64,000 bases of DNA from a phage: the sequence record PX915676.1; one strand, written 5' to 3'. The position numbers and the translations under genes are program-made. The first letter of the stretch is position 1, and every line of letters begins with the position of its first letter. Positions 58,430-64,000 of the stretch are shown here, in pieces. The notes beneath the pieces were generated by a model, which was given only the letters and a program-made list of their open reading frames with translations, ran no database searches and was not told the DNA's origin.

Positions 58430-59398
58430 TTACCAACTCCCTATCCTGATTCTCAGAGCACCGCTTCCATCGTAGAAGTCTATTCTGTTACCATTCATCC
58501 ACAATTGTGCCCCACCTGTGCCACCCATAACAAAGTCCCCACCAACAGTAAGTCTCCAGTTAGAACCCCACATAGAGCCAGCAGTAATCTTATCCGCTGA
58601 CAAGTTCTGAATCTGAGCATTGGAGATAGATACGTTATCAATCTGTGCCCATTGGATCCTAGCGTTGGCAATCTGAGCTGTTGTGATGTTGACGTTCTTT
58701 ATGTCAGCGAACTCCATCCTAGCCCTACCACCCTCAAACACAAAAGGTGTGTTACCAGAGCTGCCATCACCAACAATAAACTTGTTAGCTGTTACTTGGA
58801 ATTGACTGTTTGTTCCGTTGTTAGTTAACTTGACCCCAGCATATCTTCCGTTTACTGTAGAGTTAATACCCCACGTAGCTTCATATTCAGAGAGCTTCAT
58901 ATACTGAGATAGGCTTCCATTAATATTTTGAATCTCTGTCTGAACCAAAGCAATCTCTTGACCTTGGTCGTTGACGATACCTTCTACAGTTTGAATCTTG
59001 GTTGTGTTACCTTCAATACTTGTTTTAAAGCCAGATACAGTGCTTTCTAATTTTACAGGAGGTTGAACAGAATTATCCCAAATATCTTCAGTGGAGAGGT
59101 TCCCCATCTGTGTTTGGATATCGGCAATAGCTGTCTCTATCTCTGTAGTAATTCTATTCTCAAGCTCATCGAATTGTAGATTCATTGCATTAAGAGCTTT
59201 AATACGAACATCAATCTCTTCGTGAATTTCATCTATAGCTTGGAACATTTGGTTAGTAGCTGTGCTAACTTTTTGTAATTCATCATACACGGCTACGTTA
59301 TATGTTTCTGTGTCCTGTACATTATTGAGAAACCCAACGTTGTACGGGAGTGTGGTGTTATTGCGACCAGTGTTCTTACGAAAACCACCTGCACCCAT
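58430..59398 (-). CDS. tail fibre protein
   Basis: Track ORF trimmed to ATG at 59398-59396 (MGAGGFRKN...) with GGAGGAA SD downstream of a minus-strand terminator hairpin; N-terminal coiled coil, C-terminal beta-rich repeats. Confidence 0.6.
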   Translation of the reverse strand: MGAGGFRKNTGRNNTTLPYNVGFLNNVQDTETYNVAVYDELQKVSTATNQMFQAIDEIHEEIDVRIKALNAMNLQFDELENRITTEIETAIADIQTQMGNLSTEDIWDNSVQPPVKLESTVSGFKTSIEGNTTKIQTVEGIVNDQGQEIALVQTEIQNINGSLSQYMKLSEYEATWGINSTVNGRYAGVKLTNNGTNSQFQVTANKFIVGDGSSGNTPFVFEGGRARMEFADIKNVNITTAQIANARIQWAQIDNVSISNAQIQNLSADKITAGSMWGSNWRLTVGGDFVMGGTGGAQLWMNGNRIDFYDGSGALRIRIGSW

Positions 59399-59410
59399 AA
59401 GTTCCTCCAA

Positions 59411-59435
59411 AACAATAAAAGGGGCACGAAGCCCC
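59411..59435 (-). terminator. intrinsic terminator (minus-strand transcript)
   Basis: GGGGC-TTCGT-GCCCC hairpin followed by U-run on the minus strand. Confidence 0.7.
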
Positions 59436-59441
59436 TTGTTG

Positions 59442-62400
59442 TTATCTCCGCCCGCCAACAGCAAACTCTATCGTTAAACCATTGATAGCAGCATTACTGT
59501 TAACATCATTATCTATAACATTATAGAAAAGGTATGGATGGTTCAGTCTCACAGAGACATGCCTGTCAACACCGATCGTGTATGTCTTAGATGTGTGTGG
59601 GTGTCCATATTCATTTGAGAATTGACTACCACCAGCTTCAAATATGTAAGTACCTGAACCAGTTGTCTGAGGTCGGAACCTGTTAATATGCTTCTGATTC
59701 CACTCATTTGTCACATTATCAAAATCTATACCAGTCCTCTCTAACCTCATTTCCAGAGGCTTCTCTATAATAACATCGTTTAGCCTGTCATAGAAATAGT
59801 CAAGAGCACCTACATCCACCTGATAGAATCCCCTCAAGAACGAACCTACTATAGTAACCCTCTGTCTGAAGTTTGTTGCATCCTTTCTCCAAACAAGTTC
59901 TTTAATAGATGGGTCATCCCAAGTGATTTCTTGGAAGTCAGACCAGATTGGACCTCTTTCTAAAACAGGAGGATCAACAAGACCAATACACTGAGCATAT
60001 GGTATAGTACGGAAAGACCAAGTATCAAACTCGTAGTTCCATACAGCAGCTTTAGTACAAGCGAAGCTTTCTTTTGGTTCTCCCGGACCTACGTACAGAA
60101 CCCAAACTTCTTTCTTATCCTGATGCAAGTGTACTCGAGTTGCTAGAGGGTTAACCAGACACACCTCGTTAATCAACATGTTCTTGACACGGTTAGATGC
60201 AATTGACTTCTTGGTTGCACCATTGTGTAAGATTACATCGTTCTGAGTAACTACGAAGTGACTACCTTCTACTTCAACCACACACTCAGGAGCAAGGATA
60301 CCAGAGTCATTAAAGAGCTTCTTGAACATTAGAGGTTGGTACGTGTTATTAGTCGGAGAACCAATATACGTTTCAAACTCTGTGTAAACGAACAAGTAAT
60401 CTTTAAGAGGTAGGATATCAATCAAGCTACCATTAGAGTCAGCTAAATCAATGTAACCAGCATATCCATTCTCTAGAGCCTGAGTCTGCCCTACAATGTT
60501 AGAAGCTAAGTCCGAAGACACAACTCGATCATAGGCAAAGTCATCCCACAGCGTAGGAGCCTTGTTCTCATTGGCAAAGTTAGACCAACGAAGACGAAGC
60601 GGATAGTTAGTGGTAACACCAGAAGCATTAGCTTCTCTCATATTCAGAGCAAAAAGACGGTTGTTAAAAGATCTTACTCTTTCACATTTCCAGTTAAACT
60701 TCTTGACTGAAGGGTTTCCATCGTTATCAACAACTGTTTGCTCACCCCACCCCGGAAGGTCTACAAAGTATTCTGATTCGAATTCTTTTACCTGAGGAGT
60801 TTCATAGTGAGTTGTAGCAACTGCACAGTTAGAGATAACAGCGTGATACCAAGGATAGTCATCAAAAGCATCGTAGTCCTTCTGAGTCATCTGACTGACA
60901 GTACATGTTACGTTAATCTCTCCTTTACGAAGAGCAACCAGTTTGATAGATTTACCAGTAACTGAGGTTGTAGAAACATAACCAGTTTTATCAACAGACC
61001 ACTGATAAGAGTACTCACCTTCTGGAGAAGCTGTGGCTGTAATGACAATCTCTTCACCAACATCAAGAGAAGCACTGACAATATCTAAGGTTACAGACGA
61101 CAAAGGGGTTGCCAGTAAAGAAGCTCTTGCAAAACCTTCAATATCATTCACGTTAGAGTAGTCGTAGAAGTTGTTACCTTCATACATCCCTGACGTATCA
61201 ATACCGGATGTAGGCTCAGCAAAATAAATTGTCTCTTCACTTTCAGGAGGAGTTACTACTTCTTCCTCTTGAGTTTCTACTGACGCTGACACAGGAGCGG
61301 CAAATGCCATAGCACTTGTCATCATTGTCCTTCCAGCTAAATCCACACGTACAGTACAGACAGCAACTCTGTTACCTTCTTCAGTGGTAGCTGTAATCTC
61401 AGTAAAACCAGCAAGTAGAGCGTTGATCGTCCCTTGTGTGCTAGTCCCTGATACTGTTGCAATATTTGGATTAGAAGAGGTCCAAGTAATATTTTGATTA
61501 GGGGCGTTAGCAGGAGAAAGGGTAGCAGTTAAGATATACTGAGAACCTCTACTCACAGTAACATCTGACTGGCTTAAAGAGATACTATCAATCTGAGGGA
61601 TAGAAACAATCTCACAAGAAGCAGTCTTAGTCCCGTTATCAGCAGTGATTGTTACATTACCTTCTCCATTCGCTGTAATGACAGCAGTTAAAGAGTTGGC
61701 GTTAGGGGTTACGGATACAATAGAAGCATTATTGCTTGACCAAGTTACAGGGGTCTTGCCAGTAACAGCCGTGAGAGTAGTAGTCCCCCCTTTACGAATT
61801 GTAACAGTGTCTTGACTCAAGAAGATGCCTGAATCACCGTCGATAATATTAACAGCAATCTGAGCCACCACGGATTCATTGGCAGTAGAGATAGTTACTA
61901 CAAGATTACCCTCTTTCTCAAAAGATGTTAGAGTAGCAAGTTTAGAGTCACTAGGGTCTACCGTAATACTTCCATAGGATGAGTTACTAACCTCCCAAAT
62001 AAGATCAGTATTGTTAGCATCAGCAGGGAGAAGAGAAACCTCTAGATTCTTGGTCTGATTGAAGTTCATTGAGATAGTTGATTCTTTAGGAACGATCTGA
62101 GAAACAACTGGATAAATCTTAATTGAGGCAGAAGCCTTCTTAGTGACTGTAGCAACCTTACGGCTAATATCAGTCAAGCTTTCATCTGTCAGTTTGTATA
62201 ACTTCTTATCCGTACCTACAACAAGAAAGCTATTACCTGCGCTATAATAATCGAAAGGCATAGAAACGAAAGACAGAGGGGTTAAATCCTTATCTTCATC
62301 TACATAAGAAAGAGGGGCATTGCCCCCCGTCTTAAATACTCTCTGCTCAACAAATCGAGCATTTATAGCATTAGTGAAAGCATTAGGAGCTAAGTCTGTC

Positions 62401-62459
62401 GGAGCCTGATCAGCGATAACGCCTACAGCACCTAATGACTTTATTGGATACAGCGCCAT
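59442..62459 (-). CDS. large tail protein with bacterial Ig-like (BIG2-type) repeats
   Basis: Track ORF 1005 aa; repeated TVTIRKGGTTTLTAV / NVTITADNGTKTA-type segments typical of Ig-like domains. Confidence 0.65.
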   Translation of the reverse strand: MALYPIKSLGAVGVIADQAPTDLAPNAFTNAINARFVEQRVFKTGGNAPLSYVDEDKDLTPLSFVSMPFDYYSAGNSFLVVGTDKKLYKLTDESLTDISRKVATVTKKASASIKIYPVVSQIVPKESTISMNFNQTKNLEVSLLPADANNTDLIWEVSNSSYGSITVDPSDSKLATLTSFEKEGNLVVTISTANESVVAQIAVNIIDGDSGIFLSQDTVTIRKGGTTTLTAVTGKTPVTWSSNNASIVSVTPNANSLTAVITANGEGNVTITADNGTKTASCEIVSIPQIDSISLSQSDVTVSRGSQYILTATLSPANAPNQNITWTSSNPNIATVSGTSTQGTINALLAGFTEITATTEEGNRVAVCTVRVDLAGRTMMTSAMAFAAPVSASVETQEEEVVTPPESEETIYFAEPTSGIDTSGMYEGNNFYDYSNVNDIEGFARASLLATPLSSVTLDIVSASLDVGEEIVITATASPEGEYSYQWSVDKTGYVSTTSVTGKSIKLVALRKGEINVTCTVSQMTQKDYDAFDDYPWYHAVISNCAVATTHYETPQVKEFESEYFVDLPGWGEQTVVDNDGNPSVKKFNWKCERVRSFNNRLFALNMREANASGVTTNYPLRLRWSNFANENKAPTLWDDFAYDRVVSSDLASNIVGQTQALENGYAGYIDLADSNGSLIDILPLKDYLFVYTEFETYIGSPTNNTYQPLMFKKLFNDSGILAPECVVEVEGSHFVVTQNDVILHNGATKKSIASNRVKNMLINEVCLVNPLATRVHLHQDKKEVWVLYVGPGEPKESFACTKAAVWNYEFDTWSFRTIPYAQCIGLVDPPVLERGPIWSDFQEITWDDPSIKELVWRKDATNFRQRVTIVGSFLRGFYQVDVGALDYFYDRLNDVIIEKPLEMRLERTGIDFDNVTNEWNQKHINRFRPQTTGSGTYIFEAGGSQFSNEYGHPHTSKTYTIGVDRHVSVRLNHPYLFYNVIDNDVNSNAAINGLTIEFAVGGRR

Positions 62460-62468
62460 AATTCCTCC

Positions 62469-63272
62469 TTAGCTAATACGTCTCCAAATGTGAGCTGCTC
62501 TGAATGGTGGCAAAGTGTTAATAGGTTGACGAGAAATATCATCACGACCAAGACTTACACTACCAGAGATTGTATGAGTATGTGTGTCATTATCAGTTCT
62601 CTGGCTGTAACCACCACCCGGACTATACCAGTTTGGCGAGCTGTTATGACCACTAGCATCTCCACGACCAAATACCATGTTGTGACTGTGAGTATTACTG
62701 GATAGAGAGAAGCTGGAGCCATTAACTGTCATCAAAGGTACGTTCTCAGTTCGAATAGTATTGAAGACACGACCACCAGTACCACCTGCTTGGAACTCAA
62801 CTCTTTGAGCGTTAGGAACAGAACCATCAGGGTTTACTACACCAGTACCCATGATAACACCAGTCACTTTAGCCCAAGAGCCAAACCCTAAGGAGATTGA
62901 ATCACCGGGGTTAATATCTTCTTCAGTGATGTAGTAAGAACCAATTCGATAGAGCTTATTCTCCATCCAGTTCTTCATGAACGCTTCCATCTGACCTTTA
63001 GTAACAACATCCTTGTCACCAGTTCCCGGAGTAACGTTCTTGATCATAAGACCACCAACATCCATTGCATCACCAGTAAACTTGAGCTTCTCTGACATAA
63101 TCTTAAAGGTGTCAGAATCTATATCAACTGGCTCTGTAACATTGGGGAATGTGTTCTGTAACGTTTGTTTAATGAGGCGGATTTGAGCCGCCCCTTCGTA
63201 GATATAATCCCTGTCTCTAGGATAGAGTGGGTTTAAGTCGGTAATAACTACCGCATTAGTTTCGATAGCCAA
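62469..63272 (-). CDS. tail fibre-like protein with HxH motifs
   Basis: Track ORF; NTHSHN and THTHTISG His-X-His motifs as in metal-binding tail fibre tips. Confidence 0.5.
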   Translation of the reverse strand: MAIETNAVVITDLNPLYPRDRDYIYEGAAQIRLIKQTLQNTFPNVTEPVDIDSDTFKIMSEKLKFTGDAMDVGGLMIKNVTPGTGDKDVVTKGQMEAFMKNWMENKLYRIGSYYITEEDINPGDSISLGFGSWAKVTGVIMGTGVVNPDGSVPNAQRVEFQAGGTGGRVFNTIRTENVPLMTVNGSSFSLSSNTHSHNMVFGRGDASGHNSSPNWYSPGGGYSQRTDNDTHTHTISGSVSLGRDDISRQPINTLPPFRAAHIWRRIS

Positions 63273-63284
63273 AAGGCACCTCCA

Positions 63285-63776
63285 TTAATATTTACCTTCG
63301 GTGTAAAGATCAGCTTCTGCAACCCTTCTGTTATGAAGACCCTGACTTCTCTGCTTCTCTCCCCTTACCGTTATTTTATCCCAACGAAGAAATTCGGAAT
63401 AAACATCCCCTTTAACCTCTCCATTGATAACCTTCCTTAACTTAGATGTGCTCAAAGCCCCACTGCCAACATTGAAGTTGAAAGAAGTGAGTGCATCAAA
63501 CTCATGAACTAGTAAAGGAACCTTTATATTCTTCTGAGTAGCACGAACAGAGTCTTGTGTGTCTCTATCTAGCAGAGCTAGACAATCCTCTATAGAATAC
63601 GTTAATCCTTGTCTAACCGGATAACCATTCATATCGCGCGTAGCCCCTACACATATCGTCCAGATACCTGCGGAATCTTTATAAGCCTTTGTTCTCATAC
63701 CCTCATGCTTCATGATGAATTCCATTCCAGCTGGGCTTAAGTTTAGTTGTACAGGTGGCAATGCGACGTTATCCAT
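63285..63776 (-). CDS. endolysin, lysozyme (GH24, T4 lysozyme-like)
   Basis: HEGMRTKAYKDSAGIWTICVGAT matches the GH24 catalytic-region signature; AAAGGAGG SD. Confidence 0.85.
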   Translation of the reverse strand: MDNVALPPVQLNLSPAGMEFIMKHEGMRTKAYKDSAGIWTICVGATRDMNGYPVRQGLTYSIEDCLALLDRDTQDSVRATQKNIKVPLLVHEFDALTSFNFNVGSGALSTSKLRKVINGEVKGDVYSEFLRWDKITVRGEKQRSQGLHNRRVAEADLYTEGKY

Positions 63777-63806
63777 TTCTAACCTCCTTTTGTAGTCCCT
63801 TTAAAT

Positions 63807-64000
63807 TAAGGTAGTATCTTTCTCAGAGCGTTAGATTCAGCATCAGGACAAATAACAACTAGGTTATTTTGAATTGTTCTCTGCTTACATTGAGAGCTAA
63901 GTTTCTCTACTGGAGCAGGGACAGTTACTAATGGATGAACTGCGCTTACAGGAACTGCGGTTGATACCACAACGCCCGCACCTAAACAGATTAAACCATA
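63807..64000 (-). CDS. hypothetical membrane protein (C-terminal part; start beyond window end), holin candidate by position
   Basis: Reverse-strand frame open to window edge; YGLICLGAGVVVSTAV hydrophobic segment; immediately upstream of endolysin. Confidence 0.3.

Overview
This 64 kb window reads as most of a virulent tailed dsDNA phage genome (moderately AT-rich by eye; no integrase, repressor or CRISPR array seen). Layout: (i) 1-2311, minus strand: end of the late operon with the terminase large subunit N-terminus running off the window start. (ii) 2312-3445: a divergent non-coding region with iterated short repeats. (iii) 3446-48300, plus strand: early/middle genes driven by three strong sigma70-type promoters (TTGACA-N16/17-TATAGT/CATAAT), with many small ORFs, a 10-member family of ~80 aa paralogs, tRNA-Arg(TCT) plus a tRNA-like remnant, and a replication/nucleotide module (T7 gp4-like primase-helicase, a T7-like family A DNA polymerase split into a 185 aa exonuclease gene and a 614 aa polymerase gene 8.5 kb apart, dCTP deaminase, Dps-like ferritin, thioredoxin, ThyX, PhoH, HAD and metallophosphatase genes, SSB-like protein, dNMP kinase-like protein, 5'-3' exonuclease, HNH endonuclease), an overlapping i-spanin/o-spanin pair and an ECF-like sigma factor. 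(iv) 48391-64000, minus strand: virion and lysis genes (1473 aa internal/tape-measure-like protein, Q/N/G-rich paralog pair, lytic transglycosylase, three tail fibre/spike proteins, GH24 lysozyme). Capsid and portal genes are not in the window. The most interesting feature is a contiguous cluster at 19.7-26.9 kb encoding two GCS2-type carboxylate-amine ligases, a class II (N-terminal Cys) glutamine amidotransferase fused to Cys-rich zinc-ribbon modules, an ATP-grasp ligase and a gamma-glutamyl cyclotransferase; its product and target are unknown. The amidotransferase has no canonical start codon in front of its catalytic Cys (an SD+ATG mini-ORF ends in an in-frame TAG 6 nt upstream). Other signals: conserved intergenic elements with covarying hairpins, and a TAATGTATA motif upstream of middle/late genes on both strands that may be the promoter for the phage sigma factor. 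All functional calls are from motif recognition by eye; no searches were run. Gene content and the tRNA-Arg suggest a phiEco32-like coliphage, but this is inference.
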